DNA of 64,000 nt, taken from Gammaproteobacteria bacterium (lineage in GTDB: Bacteria > Pseudomonadota > Gammaproteobacteria > Eutrophobiales > Eutrophobiaceae). A program made the position numbers and the translations under genes. Shown piece after piece: positions 40,160-51,472 of this stretch. How positions within the stretch are numbered: position 1 is the stretch's first letter; each line of letters begins with the position of its first letter. Under the pieces are notes generated by a model that was given only the letters and a program-made list of their open reading frames with translations, did no database searches and was not told the DNA's origin. The stretch covers positions 3,104,001-3,168,000 of the forward strand of contig OZ244905.1 in assembly GCA_965221695.1 (NCBI GenBank), written 5' to 3'.

Positions 40160-40534
40160 TCAGGCAATCTGAAACAGTGCGGCGACGATGCGGCGGCCTT
40201 CCCCGGACAGGAAATTGAAGGCCCTGCAGGCAGCGCCGGTATCCATGATCTCGAACCCTATTTGCCGGAGATAAAGTATTTCACAGGTTTCATCAGGCGG
40301 ATAAGTGATTGTTGCGCCGCCGCCAAATATCAGGATCTCCGGATCATGCTCAAGCATGGCCAGCAGGTGTCTCTCCTCCAGCGTCTGTAGCCGTTCCGGT
40401 AGCCGGCCTTCTATGACCGCCTCCGGCGTGACGATAATGTCCGTTGCGTATTCCGTGCCCGCTACGGTTATTGAACCGGGCGCATAGGCGTCGATGTTGT
40501 ATTCGCTTTGATTGAGATCCGCTTCAATTTTCAT
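40160..40534 (-). CDS. Mth938-like (DUF498) protein
   Basis: PEILIFGGG, GFEIMDTGAACRAFNFL..EGRRIVAAL. Confidence 0.88.
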   Translation of the reverse strand: MKIEADLNQSEYNIDAYAPGSITVAGTEYATDIIVTPEAVIEGRLPERLQTLEERHLLAMLEHDPEILIFGGGATITYPPDETCEILYLRQIGFEIMDTGAACRAFNFLSGEGRRIVAALFQIA

Positions 40535-40588
40535 ATTGGCCCGGACTTCCGGTATTGTTTCATTTTACACTAGTACTCTTTCAGCTTA

Positions 40589-40617
40589 GGAGCCTCTGAG
40601 ATCAAGTCAGAGCTTCT
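40589..40617. repeat. 29-bp micro-element (reverse orientation, degenerate)
   Basis: GGAGCCTCTGAGATCAAGTCAGAGCTTCT; a lone end GAAACCTCTGAACAA follows near 40650. Confidence 0.75.
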
Positions 40618-40732
40618 TTAATACCAAAAATGGAACCCGATAATATGAAGAAACCTCTGAACAATCTCCTTGCCTATATCGATCCCAATGGGTATTTTAT
40701 CGGGTATCCGCGAATCAGCAACCAGGAGAACC

Positions 40733-41392
40733 ATGAGAATCATACTATTGGGAGCGCCCGGCGCCGGCAAGGGCACACAGGCCGCGTTGATCCAAGACCG
40801 GTTTAATATTCCTCAGATTTCGACCGGCGACATGTTGCGCGCCGCAGTCAGGGCCGGCTCGCCATTGGGGCTTGAGGCAAAAAAGGTGATGGATGCCGGA
40901 GAGCTGGTCTCTGATGGCCTGATCATGGGGCTGGTCAAGGACAGGATCCAACAGGATGATTGCCGGCGGGGGTACCTGTTTGACGGTTTTCCGAGGACCC
41001 TTGGCCAGGCTGAGGCCATGCAGCGGGAAGATATACAAATCGACTGTGTGGTTGAAATCGTGGTCGCAGATGATGAGATCATCAAACGCATGAGCGGCCG
41101 CCGCGTGCATCCCGGGTCGGGGCGCGTTTACCACGTCCTGTTCAATCCGCCGCAACAGTCCGGTATTGATGATGTCACCGGTGAGACGCTTATCCAACGA
41201 GAGGATGACCAGGAGGCAACGGTCAGAAAACGCCTGCAGGTCTACCATCAGCAGACTGCGCCCTTAATCAGGTTTTACCGCGATTTGAGCGGCCCTGATG
41301 CGCCGGTTTACCTGCGTGTAGAAGGCGTTGGCGAGGTTCGGGAAATAACTCAAAACCTGGTTGCGGGATTGGAAAAAATGCTGGACAGGTGA
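40733..41392 (+). CDS. adk: Adenylate kinase
   Basis: [30 protein letters not shown]; AGGAG RBS before ATG 40733. Confidence 0.97.
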   Translation: MRIILLGAPGAGKGTQAALIQDRFNIPQISTGDMLRAAVRAGSPLGLEAKKVMDAGELVSDGLIMGLVKDRIQQDDCRRGYLFDGFPRTLGQAEAMQREDIQIDCVVEIVVADDEIIKRMSGRRVHPGSGRVYHVLFNPPQQSGIDDVTGETLIQREDDQEATVRKRLQVYHQQTAPLIRFYRDLSGPDAPVYLRVEGVGEVREITQNLVAGLEKMLDR

Positions 41393-43662
41393 TGCCTTCG
41401 ACATCTGGAGCAAGAAGATCGAGGGCCAAGTCAAAGTCCCGTTCCGGCAATAAATTCCTGCGCGCGCATAGTTTGATCATCCTGTTCTGCTTGGGCGCGG
41501 CCTATGTGTTGTGGCTGGATCATCGCGTCCAGACGGAATTTGTCGGGAAACGCTGGTCCTTGCCTGCGCGTGTCTACGCCAGCCCGGCCGAACTCTATCT
41601 GGGTCAGGAGCTGACAGTCGATAAATTCCAAAGATTGCTTGCCAGGTCGGGTTACAGGAATACGCCTGTGGCCATAGAGGCGGGCGATTATCGGCTCGGA
41701 ACGTCATATATTGAATTTATGCAACGAGCATTCCACTACTGGGATGGCCGGCAGGCGAGTCGCCTGTTGCGGGTAGATTTCAGGGACGGCACAGTGCGCG
41801 GGATCCGGGACCTGACAGGCCAACAAACCCTGTCCCTGGCGCGCATCGAACCGGAATTGATCGGTAGAATCTACCCGGACCACTACCAGGATCGCATCCT
41901 GGTTTCCTACGATGAAGTTCCGCTCGCCCTGATTCATGCCTTGTTGGCGGTTGAAGACCGGAATTTTTTCAATCATATCGGCATTGATCCCCGGGGCATG
42001 TTGCGGGCTTTGTACCACAACATCCGCAACAGGAAACTTGAGCAGGGTGGCAGCTCCATTACCCAGCAACTGGTGAAAAACTTCTTTTTAAGCCCCGAAC
42101 GCACTCTGGTCAGGAAGACTAACGAGATTCTGATGGCTTTGCTGCTGGAGCGGCGCTACAGCAAGCAGGAAATTCTGGGCGCTTATATCAACGAGGTGTA
42201 CCTGGGACAACAGGGACGGCGCAGTGTGCATGGTTTCGGCGCCGCCGCGGAGTTCTATTTTGCCAGGCCGTTGAACGAGTTACGCACGGACCAACTGGCG
42301 CTGTTGGCAGGGATGGTCAGAGGCGCTTCCTGGTATAACCCGCGCCGGCATGGCAAACGGGCCAGACAACGCCGCAACCTGACGCTGCAGTTGATGCATC
42401 AACAGGGTTACCTGGACGAGCCCAGCTTGCGCCAGGCGCAGCAGCGGGGATTGGACCTGAGCGCGCAACCACGTTGGGTTTCCGGCAAATACCCGGCTTT
42501 TTTACAGTTGGTAAAGAGTCAGTTGTTGCGAGATTATGCCAGCGCGGACCTGCGCGCCAGGGGACTGCAAATCTTCACCACGCTTGATACCGAGCGGCAG
42601 GACAGTTCGGAACTGGCGCTGCGGCAACAGTTACGGCAACTGGAGCGGGCAAAGTCCCTGAAGGCCGGGACCTTGCAGGCAGCAAGCGTTTTTGTACAGA
42701 CCAGCAGCGGCGCGGTATTGTCCTTGGCTGGCGACAGGAATGCGGAATCCGTGGGTTTTAACCGGGCCATGCATGCCAGGCGGCCGGTAGGCTCGCTGGT
42801 GAAACCGTTCGTGTATTACACTGCCCTTACCCAACCTCAGCGTTATTCGCTCCTTTCCGGAGTGAGCGACGTTGATGTGTCCGTCAAACTCGCGGACGGT
42901 TCAACCTGGCGTCCGGATAATTACGATGGCAAGAACCATGGACAGGTAACCCTACTGGAAGCCCTGGCAAAGTCCTACAACAAGGCAACGGTAAGACTAG
43001 GGCGGGAGGTCGGCCTGGAGCGGGTAATCGACACGTTGAACAGGGCCGGGGTAGACCACCGGATAGAGCCGTTTCCGGCGCTGTTGCTGGGTTCTCTGGA
43101 ATTGACTCCGTTGCAGGTCAGCCAGCTTTACCAGACTCTGGCCAACGGTGGATTTCTTGTTCCTGTAAACAGCATACGGGAGGTTCTGGATAACGCCGGC
43201 AACACACTCAAGCGTTATGGTTTGGATATGCGCCAGGCCTTGGAGAGCGAAGCCGCTTTCCTGACCGGTTTCATGATGACGCAAGCAGTCAACCACGGCA
43301 CCGGCCGCGGCCTGCGCGCGCTGGCTCCGGCACAATTGCCGCTGGCCGGAAAAACAGGCACTACCAACGAGTTGCGGGATAGCTGGTTTGCCGGTTTCGG
43401 CAATGATATAACAGGCGTAGTCTGGTTGGGTCGCGACAATAACCAGCCTACCGGGCTTACTGGCGCAAGCGGCGCGCTGCGGATCTGGGGCAATATGGTA
43501 AGCCTGCAGGATTTTGGCCATATCGAGCTGGCGCCGCCGCCCGGTATCGACTTCCTGAATGATGTGGAATTGCGTTTTGACGGCGTTTGTGTCAGATTTC
43601 CGTATATGCCTTATGTTCTTGGTTTCAGACCCCGAAATACGGCCGGCGGTCGTTGCGGATGA
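41389..43662 (+). CDS. mrcB: Penicillin-binding protein 1B
   Basis: UB2H region, [26 protein letters not shown] motifs. Confidence 0.94.
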   Translation: MMPSTSGARRSRAKSKSRSGNKFLRAHSLIILFCLGAAYVLWLDHRVQTEFVGKRWSLPARVYASPAELYLGQELTVDKFQRLLARSGYRNTPVAIEAGDYRLGTSYIEFMQRAFHYWDGRQASRLLRVDFRDGTVRGIRDLTGQQTLSLARIEPELIGRIYPDHYQDRILVSYDEVPLALIHALLAVEDRNFFNHIGIDPRGMLRALYHNIRNRKLEQGGSSITQQLVKNFFLSPERTLVRKTNEILMALLLERRYSKQEILGAYINEVYLGQQGRRSVHGFGAAAEFYFARPLNELRTDQLALLAGMVRGASWYNPRRHGKRARQRRNLTLQLMHQQGYLDEPSLRQAQQRGLDLSAQPRWVSGKYPAFLQLVKSQLLRDYASADLRARGLQIFTTLDTERQDSSELALRQQLRQLERAKSLKAGTLQAASVFVQTSSGAVLSLAGDRNAESVGFNRAMHARRPVGSLVKPFVYYTALTQPQRYSLLSGVSDVDVSVKLADGSTWRPDNYDGKNHGQVTLLEALAKSYNKATVRLGREVGLERVIDTLNRAGVDHRIEPFPALLLGSLELTPLQVSQLYQTLANGGFLVPVNSIREVLDNAGNTLKRYGLDMRQALESEAAFLTGFMMTQAVNHGTGRGLRALAPAQLPLAGKTGTTNELRDSWFAGFGNDITGVVWLGRDNNQPTGLTGASGALRIWGNMVSLQDFGHIELAPPPGIDFLNDVELRFDGVCVRFPYMPYVLGFRPRNTAGGRCG

Positions 43663-44276
43663 AGCTACACTACCAGGTCTCGAATGCGTGCTCGGCGCTC
43701 ATCACGTATCCCGGAGCGCAATCTCGCCTATTGAGCCTATCGATCATCGTCTTGCTGGCTTGCGGCGCTTGCTCAAACGTGCGCCAAGCGCCGGTTGAAG
43801 ACAGGCAAGGAGCGGATCTTGTCGCGCCGCGGCCCGATGGCCCTGACGCGGGCCATGCTGCCGCAACACAGGCCGGGGAAGAAAATTACGAACGATGGGC
43901 GGAGCTGCCGCGTCCGGATGGTTCCGCCGATCCCACTGAAACCGCCGCGTCTGCTGAAACCGGAACGCGAGTGGAGATAGGACAACCCAGCGATAATCCT
44001 GCGGTTATTGCGCTGCTGGAAGATACGGAGCTCAGGCTCAGCCAGGATGATCCGGAGGCGGCTGCCGGTTCCTTGGAGCGGGCGCTGCGCCTGGAGCCGA
44101 AGAATCCCTGGCTGTGGTATCGCCTGGCGGCGCTTAAACTGAGACAGGGAAAGCCGCGCTTGGCTATTGCCCTGGCGCAAAAATCAAATTCCCTTTCCGC
44201 CAGGCGTCCGGAGTTACGCAGGGCTAATGCCGAACTGATCGAACGGGCAAGGAAGCATCAGCAAGGGAATCAGTAA
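43659..44276 (+). CDS. TPR lipoprotein, probable PBP1B activator (LpoP-like)
   Basis: Lipobox-like Cys, disordered linker, LERALRLEPKNPWLW TPR; ATGA overlap with mrcB as for Pseudomonas lpoP. Confidence 0.75.
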   Translation: MKLHYQVSNACSALITYPGAQSRLLSLSIIVLLACGACSNVRQAPVEDRQGADLVAPRPDGPDAGHAAATQAGEENYERWAELPRPDGSADPTETAASAETGTRVEIGQPSDNPAVIALLEDTELRLSQDDPEAAAGSLERALRLEPKNPWLWYRLAALKLRQGKPRLAIALAQKSNSLSARRPELRRANAELIERARKHQQGNQ

Positions 44277-44429
44277 ACCTGACCATCTTGTTGGCAGCGC
44301 TGCGCTTCATATTGATGTTGATGCGGTGGCGCGCAACTATTACGGGCGCTGGTCCTGTTGGGTTAACGCGCGGGTGAAGTTGGCGCCGCCACGTAAATCA
44401 TGAGATATATATCAGCGTGTTAGCGAGAG

Positions 44430-44458
44430 TTGATAAGAGCCCGGATTAGAATTATAGT
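44430..44458 (+). promoter_or_regulatory. Sigma70 promoter for the tRNA-fMet/rimP operon
   Basis: TTGATA-17 bp-TATAGT followed by GC-rich CCGCCG discriminator. Confidence 0.55.
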
Positions 44459-44527
44459 CCGCCGATGAATTCGGGATCATTTGGGACTTGAAAAAAGAAT
44501 TTTATGGTGTACACTGAAGGAATCAGT

Positions 44528-44604
44528 TGCGGGGTGGAGCAGTTTGGCAGCTCGTCGGGCTCATAACCCGAAGGTCGCAGGTTCAAATCCTGCCCCCGCT
44601 ACCA
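44528..44604 (+). tRNA. Initiator tRNA-fMet (CAT)
   Basis: TGCGGGGTGGAGCAG...GGGCTCATAACCC...CCCCGCTACCA; three G-C pairs in the anticodon stem, mismatched 1:72; metY position. Confidence 0.96.
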
Positions 44605-44641
44605 GACATTGAGGAAAGTAAAAAACCTCTGGATTTACCAG

Positions 44642-44668
44642 GGAATCTATGAATTGATCAGAGGTTCC
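44642..44668. repeat. 27-bp micro-element (degenerate)
   Basis: GGAATCTATGAATTGATCAGAGGTTCC. Confidence 0.65.
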
Positions 44669-44746
44669 ATACAGGTTCCTGAACAGCAGACCGGAAGCGG
44701 GCAACCTGACAGCAAGGTCAGGGCGCTGAGCGAAGCGGTTTATAAA

Positions 44747-44773
44747 GTGGGCTTTATGCCCACTTTTTGTTTT
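44747..44773 (+). terminator. rimP leader hairpin
   Basis: GTGGGC-TTTAT-GCCCAC followed by TTTTTGTTTT just upstream of rimP. Confidence 0.7.
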
Positions 44774-44796
44774 GGGCTACGGCCTTGGGCATAGAT

Positions 44797-45273
44797 GTGC
44801 AAAGACAGAGAGCGAACCTTGACAGCCTGCTAAGACCCGTGGTTACGGATCTGGGCTATGTGTGCTGGGGGATCGAATTTATCAGCCAGGGACATAATTC
44901 GCTGCTGCGAATTTATATCGATAGCGGCGGCGGCGTGACTCTGGAAGATTGCGCAAAGGTCAGCAATCGGGTGTCTGGTATCCTGGATGTGGAAGACCCG
45001 ATTCCCGGCGAGTACCTGCTGGAAGTTTCATCGCCTGGCCTGGACCGGTTGTTATTCAGTCGGGAACACTATGAACAGTATATCGGAGAGACGGTAAAAA
45101 TCAGGTTGTTGAGGACTATCGATCAACGCAAACGCGTTACCGGACGTATTGAAGCCGTGACCGAAGAGACTTTGGTCCTGAACGAGTCAGGCAGGGAATT
45201 TCAAATTCCGCTGGGAGAGATAGACAGAGCTAGATTGTGTCCGGATGATATTACCAGCCGGACTGACAGGTGA
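44797..45273 (+). CDS. rimP: Ribosome maturation factor RimP
   Basis: LRIYID, DCAKVS, LDVEDPI..Y.LEVSSPGLDR; GTG start assumed. Confidence 0.94.
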   Translation: MQRQRANLDSLLRPVVTDLGYVCWGIEFISQGHNSLLRIYIDSGGGVTLEDCAKVSNRVSGILDVEDPIPGEYLLEVSSPGLDRLLFSREHYEQYIGETVKIRLLRTIDQRKRVTGRIEAVTEETLVLNESGREFQIPLGEIDRARLCPDDITSRTDR

Positions 45274-45298
45274 GAAATCGGGATAAGGTTATATTACA

Positions 45299-46819
45299 GT
45301 GAACAAAGAAATTCTGATGGTTGTGGATGTGGTGTCCAATGAAAAAGGCGTTGCCAAGGAGATCATATTCGAAGCCATTGAAGCAGCGCTGGCCAGCGCA
45401 ACGAAAAAGCGCCAGCGTGAAGATATCGAAGTGCGCGTCGCCATAGATCACGAAACAGGGGACTATGAGACCTTCCGACAATGGGAGGTGGTCGAGGACA
45501 GCCCCGAGGCTCTGGAGTTTCCGTCGCGCCAGCTCTGCTTGACAGATGCCCGCAAACAGTCGGCGGAGATGGAGCTAGGAGGTTTTATTGAAGAGCCGAT
45601 GAAGTCGGTCGAGTTCGGCAGAATTGCCGCGCAGAGCGCAAAGCAGGTGATTATGCAGAAAGTGCGCGAGGCTGAGCGCAAACAGGTTTTTGACGCATAC
45701 ATCGACCGGGTCGGCGAGATGGTTATCGGTTTTGTGAAAAAGGTCGAAAGAGGCAACGTGATCATGGATCTAGGCGGCAATGCGGAAGGCATTATCCCCA
45801 GGGATGAGGTGATCCCCAGGGAAGCGGTGCGTCCGCGGGATCAGATCCGGGCATACCTGCGCGAGGTAAAGCCGGAAAACAGAGGACCACAGTTGATCCT
45901 GAGCCGGACTGCGCCGGAGTTGCTGATCGAGTTGTTCAAAATGGAAGTGCCGGAAATTAATGAAGGCCTGATTGAAATTATCAACGGCGCGCGCGACCCG
46001 GGATCAAGGGCCAAAATAGCGGTAAAAGCTAATGATCCCAGGATCGATCCAATCGGGGCCTGCGTCGGGATGAGAGGCTCGCGGGTGCAGGCGGTTTCCA
46101 ATGCCTTGAGCGGTGAACGGGTTGATATTATTACCTGGGACGAAAATCCCGCGCAGTTTGTGATAAACGCGATGGCGCCGGCCGAGGTGGTGTCGATACT
46201 GGTCGATGAGGATAGTCACAGCATGGATGTTGCGGTGTCGGAAGAAAACCTGTCGCAGGCAATCGGACGCGGCGGCCAGAATGTCAAGCTTGCCAGTGAA
46301 CTGACGCAATGGGAACTGAATGTCATGTCCGTAGAACAGGCGGATCAGAAAACTGAAGCCGAGGCCCAGGCGCTGCAGCAGATGTTTATTGAAGAACTGG
46401 ATGTGGACGAGGAGATTGCGGTCATCCTGGTACAGGAAGGATTTTCCAGCGTAGAGGAGATAGCCTATGTGCCGGAGAATGAGATGCAGAACATAGAGGA
46501 GTTTGATGAAGAACTGGTGAAAGAACTGCGCGAGCGCGCCCGGGATATCATGCTGACTCGCGCTATCGCCAACGAGGAAAAGCTGGCGGATGTGGAGCCG
46601 GCGGCCGATTTGCTGGGTATGGAAGGCATGGATGAGGCATTGGCCTATGAACTGGCCGTGCTCGGGGTGGTCACCATGGAGGACCTGGCAGAAAGTTCGG
46701 TGGATGAATTGCTTGAAATTGAGGGCCTCGATAAAAACCGGGCCGGCGACCTGATTATGACCGCGCGTATGCCATGGTTTGCAGCGGAGGAAGCCAACGG
46801 CCAACCAAACACGAGTTGA
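45299..46819 (+). CDS. nusA: Transcription factor NusA
   Basis: [45 protein letters not shown]. Confidence 0.97.
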   Translation: MNKEILMVVDVVSNEKGVAKEIIFEAIEAALASATKKRQREDIEVRVAIDHETGDYETFRQWEVVEDSPEALEFPSRQLCLTDARKQSAEMELGGFIEEPMKSVEFGRIAAQSAKQVIMQKVREAERKQVFDAYIDRVGEMVIGFVKKVERGNVIMDLGGNAEGIIPRDEVIPREAVRPRDQIRAYLREVKPENRGPQLILSRTAPELLIELFKMEVPEINEGLIEIINGARDPGSRAKIAVKANDPRIDPIGACVGMRGSRVQAVSNALSGERVDIITWDENPAQFVINAMAPAEVVSILVDEDSHSMDVAVSEENLSQAIGRGGQNVKLASELTQWELNVMSVEQADQKTEAEAQALQQMFIEELDVDEEIAVILVQEGFSSVEEIAYVPENEMQNIEEFDEELVKELRERARDIMLTRAIANEEKLADVEPAADLLGMEGMDEALAYELAVLGVVTMEDLAESSVDELLEIEGLDKNRAGDLIMTARMPWFAAEEANGQPNTS

Positions 46820-46821
46820 CT

Positions 46822-49365
46822 ATGCCTGAAGTCACAGTAAAGCAATATGCGGATGTTATCCGGATACCGGTGGAAAAGTTGCTTGTGCAACTGCAAGAAG
46901 CCGGTTTGCCGGCCAAGTCCGAAGATGACAAAATTTCCGATAACGAGAAGACGGAACTGCTCGGCTACCTGCGCCGAAAACACGGGAAAGACAACCAGTC
47001 AGCCCCGGAAAGGATCACCCTGAGAAGGAAAACCATCAGCGAGATCAAGATGCCGGCAACCAGCGTCGGCAGCCGCAGCAAGGTGCGCTCGAAGACCGTC
47101 AGCGTTGAGGTCAGGAAGCGCCGCACTTACATCAAGCGCAGCGTGATTGAAGAGGAGGCCTTAAAGCAGGCGCAGGAGGCGGAGGAACAGCAGGCAAAAC
47201 TTGCGGCTGAGGAACAAGCTCGCCTGGAACTGGCGCAGGAAGCGGATGCGCAACAGCAGCAACCGGCGCCGGAAGAGGCAGTCCCGGAACAGCCCGTCGC
47301 CGTGGATGAGACCGTTGATGAGGAGGCGCCGGAGGATACGGAAGCCGCCCTGACGTCCGCACCGGAGGTTGAAGAAGAAAGCGCCGCCGCTGCACCTGAT
47401 GCAGAGCCAACGCCCGCTCGTGAGGAGACTGCGCAACAACCCGTTGAGCCGGCGCCGACGCCGGCGGAAAAAGAAAAGCCGGCGCGGATTCAGCGCGCGG
47501 AACTGCATGTGGCGCCCGGTAAATCAGGCCGCAGAAAGAAAAAGCAAAGGCCCATGCAGGCGCTCAGAAGGCCCGCGCAACACGGCTTCGAAAAACCCAC
47601 TGCGCCTATCGTGCGGGAAGTCGAGATTCCGGAAAGCATTACCGTATCCGAACTGGCGCAGCGTATGTCGGTAAAGAGCGCCGAGGTCATCAAGGCGCTG
47701 ATGAACCTGGGCAGCATGGTTACCATCAATCAGATGATCGACCAGGAAACGGCCACCATCGTAGCGGAGGAAATGGGCCACAAAGCGAAAATGCTGAGGG
47801 AAAATGCTTTGGAAGAGGAAATCATGCAGTCCGGCCGCAGCGAGGAAGACGAGATTGCGCGCCCCCCTGTGGTAACGATCATGGGCCATGTCGATCACGG
47901 CAAGACTTCATTGCTTGACTATATCAGGCGTAGCAAGGTAGCCGCGGGCGAAGCGGGAGGCGTCACACAGCATATCGGCGCCTACAGCGTGAACACTGAT
48001 AACGGCGTCATCACGTTCCTGGATACCCCTGGTCATGAAGCGTTTACCGCAATGCGCGCCCGGGGCGCCAAAGTGACGGATATCGTTGTCTTGGTCGTGG
48101 CCGCCGATGATGGCGTGATGCCGCAGACGGAAGAAGCCATACAGCACGCTGTGGCCGGTTCGATGCCGCTAATCGTTGCGGTAAATAAGATTGACAAGGC
48201 CGATGCTGACCCGGAGCGGGTCAGACAGGAACTCTCCAAATTTGACGTGATTCCGGAGGAATGGGGCGGAGACAATATCTTCGTCAATCTGTCCGCAAAG
48301 ACCGGGGAAGGAGTAGACAGTCTGTTGGAGAGCATCTCTTTGCAGGCCGAAATCCTGGAGCTCAAGGCGGCGCCGGAAGGCCCCGCTTCCGGCGCTGTGA
48401 TCGAGGCAAGACTGGATAAGGGCAGAGGACCGATCGCTACCGTCCTGGTGCAGAACGGAGAGTTGCAGCGCGGCGATATGATTCTTACCGGCCATGAATT
48501 CGGCCGGGTTCGGGCAATGTATGATGAAAATGGCGCCGAGGCGCCGGCAGCCGGCCCGTCTGTCCCTGTGGAAGTCCTGGGTCTGTCAGGCACGCCCAAC
48601 GCCGGCGACGACATGATAGTGGTCCCGGACGAACGCAAGGCGCGGGAAATTGCGTTGTTTCGCCAGGGCAAGTACAGAGAGGTCAAGCTCGCAAAACAGC
48701 AGGCGTCCAAGGCCAGGAACATGATCACCCGGATGAATGACGCCGACGGCGTTTCCATCAATATTCTCATAAAGGCCGATGTCCAGGGTTCGGCGGAGGC
48801 CTTGTCGGAAGCATTGCTGAAGCTGTCAGGCGACGAAGTCGCGATCAATATTATCAGCGCTGGCGTTGGTGGCATCACGGAATCAGACATCAACCTTGCG
48901 GTCGCTTCCCGCGGAATGGTAGTCGGGTTTAATGTCCGAGTGGATGGCGCGGCCAAGAAACTGGTAGATGAGGAAGGCGTAGACCTGCGTTATTACAGCG
49001 TGATTTATGATGTCATTGATGACGTGAAAGCGGCGATTAACGGTCTGCTATTGCCCGAGGTCAGGGAACAGATTATCGGCGTTGCGGAAGTCAAGGAGGT
49101 GTATCGTTCTCCTGCCTTTGGAGAGATCGCAGGCTGTATCGTATCCAGTGGACTGGTGCGCAAGTCCAATCCGATACGCGTGTTGCGGGAGAATGTGGTT
49201 ATCTACGAAGGTGAATTGGAGTCACTGCGGCGGTTCAAGGATGATGTCAGCGAGGTGAAATCCGGCGTTGAGTGCGGGATTGGCGTCAAAAATTACAACG
49301 ATGTCAAGCCCGGCGACCAGATCGAAGTATTTGAACGGATTGAAGTCCGGCGCAATATTCAATAA
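46822..49365 (+). CDS. infB: Translation initiation factor IF-2
   Basis: Start MPEVTVK at 46822; [24 protein letters not shown]. Confidence 0.97.
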   Translation: MPEVTVKQYADVIRIPVEKLLVQLQEAGLPAKSEDDKISDNEKTELLGYLRRKHGKDNQSAPERITLRRKTISEIKMPATSVGSRSKVRSKTVSVEVRKRRTYIKRSVIEEEALKQAQEAEEQQAKLAAEEQARLELAQEADAQQQQPAPEEAVPEQPVAVDETVDEEAPEDTEAALTSAPEVEEESAAAAPDAEPTPAREETAQQPVEPAPTPAEKEKPARIQRAELHVAPGKSGRRKKKQRPMQALRRPAQHGFEKPTAPIVREVEIPESITVSELAQRMSVKSAEVIKALMNLGSMVTINQMIDQETATIVAEEMGHKAKMLRENALEEEIMQSGRSEEDEIARPPVVTIMGHVDHGKTSLLDYIRRSKVAAGEAGGVTQHIGAYSVNTDNGVITFLDTPGHEAFTAMRARGAKVTDIVVLVVAADDGVMPQTEEAIQHAVAGSMPLIVAVNKIDKADADPERVRQELSKFDVIPEEWGGDNIFVNLSAKTGEGVDSLLESISLQAEILELKAAPEGPASGAVIEARLDKGRGPIATVLVQNGELQRGDMILTGHEFGRVRAMYDENGAEAPAAGPSVPVEVLGLSGTPNAGDDMIVVPDERKAREIALFRQGKYREVKLAKQQASKARNMITRMNDADGVSINILIKADVQGSAEALSEALLKLSGDEVAINIISAGVGGITESDINLAVASRGMVVGFNVRVDGAAKKLVDEEGVDLRYYSVIYDVIDDVKAAINGLLLPEVREQIIGVAEVKEVYRSPAFGEIAGCIVSSGLVRKSNPIRVLRENVVIYEGELESLRRFKDDVSEVKSGVECGIGVKNYNDVKPGDQIEVFERIEVRRNIQ

Positions 49366-49523
49366 CAGGCTTACCCGGATAGCGCGCCAGTCCGCTTGGG
49401 GAAAACGATAATGTTTGTATATTCATATGGTTGTATGGCTGATATTGGCTTGTGTTCGCAGGCGCCCGTCAGCGCCCGAAATACTGCGCGATCATCGCAT
49501 TCACTGACGCTATCTCCGGACTG

Positions 49524-49886
49524 ATGGCGCGTGAATATGGTCGGAATCAGCGCGTGGCAGACCTGCTGCAACGCGAAATTGCCCTGTTGCTGCAAAAAGA
49601 GACGTCCTTCAGGGAGGCGGGCCTGATCACGGTGTCGTTTGTTGACGTAAGCCCCGATCTCAGAAATGCCAGCGTTTATTTTACCTGTCTTAAACCCGCC
49701 TGCAGTGAGGAGGCGCTGACGGATTTATTAAATGAAAGGGCCGGTTATTTCCGCCGGCTGTTGGGGCAGGCCCTGCCTTTGCGGGGCGTGCCGCAATTGA
49801 TATTTTGCTTCGACCATTCCTTGGATCGGGCAAACCGCTTGACTGAGCTGATAGAACGCGCCAATCAAAAACCCAGTACTGGATAA
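49524..49886 (+). CDS. rbfA: Ribosome-binding factor A
   Basis: MAREYGRNQRVAD, VDVSPDL, VPQL.F.FD.S. Confidence 0.92.
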   Translation: MAREYGRNQRVADLLQREIALLLQKETSFREAGLITVSFVDVSPDLRNASVYFTCLKPACSEEALTDLLNERAGYFRRLLGQALPLRGVPQLIFCFDHSLDRANRLTELIERANQKPSTG

Positions 49887-49955
49887 CACAACGATTATTT
49901 CAACCGCAGCGCGCGCAAAGCACGGACAAACCTGTGTGAGCGCCGCATTCCAACC

Positions 49956-50873
49956 ATGGCGCGCAGAAGCAAAATAAAAGGACGCAACGTCAAAGGGGTT
50001 TTACTGCTGGACAAACCCCCGGGGTTGACTTCCAATGACGCCCTGCAAAAAGTGAAGTTATTGTACCGGGCAAGGAAAGCGGGGCATACCGGCAGCCTGG
50101 ATAAGGCCGCATCCGGCCTGTTGCCGCTATGCTTTGGCGAGGCAACGAAATTTTCCGGGTATCTGCTCAACGCCGATAAACATTATCGCACACATTTCCG
50201 GCTTGGCCTGCAGACCAACACCGGCGACGCCGAAGGTGATGTCGTGTTTCGGGGTAACACCGGGAGCATCTCGCGCCAACGCGTAGAGAAAACGCTGGCC
50301 CGGTTTCTCGGTCCTATCATGCAGGTGCCGCCCATGTTTTCCGCGCTGAAACACAAAGGTCAACGGCTTTACAAACTGGCTCACCAGGGGTTGGAGGTAG
50401 ATCGGGAGCCGCGCGAGATTACCGTGCACAGCATAGATATGCTCGATTACCAGAATGACGAACTGGAACTGGAGATACGCTGTTCCAAAGGAACGTATAT
50501 CCGCACCCTGGCAGAAGACATCGGCAAGGAACTGGGCTGCGGCGCCTACGTAAAGGCGCTGCGGCGCATCGGCGTGGGGCCTTACTCCGATGAAAACATG
50601 CTGACGCCGGCGGAACTGGAAGTTATCGCCGAGACCGGGATGACCGCGCTGGATGATCGTCTGCTCGAGATCGATTCCATCGTCCGGGATATGCCAAGTA
50701 TTCGCCTGGTCGAAAGCGCCGCTTACTATCTGTGCCAGGGCCAACCGGTTACCGCGCCCAAGGCGCCGACCCGGGGGATGCTGCGGGTCTACACCGAAGA
50801 TGGCCGTTTTCTGGGGGTCGGCGAAGTGCTCAGTGATGGCCGCGTGGCGCCGAAACGCCTGTTGCAAGAATAG
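49956..50873 (+). CDS. truB: tRNA pseudouridine(55) synthase
   Basis: LLDKP, GHTGSLD, QVPPMFSALK, CSKGTYIRTL. Confidence 0.96.
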   Translation: MARRSKIKGRNVKGVLLLDKPPGLTSNDALQKVKLLYRARKAGHTGSLDKAASGLLPLCFGEATKFSGYLLNADKHYRTHFRLGLQTNTGDAEGDVVFRGNTGSISRQRVEKTLARFLGPIMQVPPMFSALKHKGQRLYKLAHQGLEVDREPREITVHSIDMLDYQNDELELEIRCSKGTYIRTLAEDIGKELGCGAYVKALRRIGVGPYSDENMLTPAELEVIAETGMTALDDRLLEIDSIVRDMPSIRLVESAAYYLCQGQPVTAPKAPTRGMLRVYTEDGRFLGVGEVLSDGRVAPKRLLQE

Positions 50874-51002
50874 GATCCGATCTGCTCAGGCCTGCTCACC
50901 GGCGTTTATTTTTTGGCCATATCGGGTTTGTTGTTACCGGTAAAGTTAAGAGCAGGAATTACCGTCCCACCGCTCAGCCTCCGACAAAATTACAGGTTTT
51001 TC

Positions 51003-51031
51003 TTGTTTGTTTTTGCAAGCGTGGGTACAAT
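51003..51031 (+). promoter_or_regulatory. Sigma70 promoter of rpsO-pnp
   Basis: TTGTTT-17 bp-TACAAT. Confidence 0.5.
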
Positions 51032-51072
51032 ACCCGCGTTTTAGAAAGATCGGACAGGAGAAAAATACATCG

Positions 51073-51342
51073 ATGCCATTAAGTCAGCAGCACAAGGCTG
51101 ATATCTTGCAGCAATATCAACGCTCATCCGGCGATACGGGTTCGCCCGAGGTCCAGGTGGCGTTACTGACCGCGCGCATTACTGATTTGTCGCAACACTT
51201 TAAACTGCATTCCAAAGACCACCATTCTCGCCAGGGTTTGTTGCGCATGGTAAATCGGCGGCGGAAACTGCTGAACTATTTAAAGAATAATGACGTTGAT
51301 CGGTATCGTGAATTGATAGGCCGGTTGTCCCTTAGAAAGTAA
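51073..51342 (+). CDS. rpsO: 30S ribosomal protein S15
   Basis: [23 protein letters not shown]. Confidence 0.97.
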   Translation: MPLSQQHKADILQQYQRSSGDTGSPEVQVALLTARITDLSQHFKLHSKDHHSRQGLLRMVNRRRKLLNYLKNNDVDRYRELIGRLSLRK

Positions 51343-51472
51343 TCGGAACGCTATTGCTATGTGCCCGGCAACAAGGTTCTCTCAGGTTGCCGTCCCGGTC
51401 TTGGCGCAGAACAAGCAGGTCATCTTATATTTCATATGTAAAACTTCATCTGGATAATTATCGGAAAAAATA

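Noticed and set aside
47160-47480. Low-complexity Ala/Glu/Pro stretch in infB
   Set aside because: Normal variable linker of IF-2.
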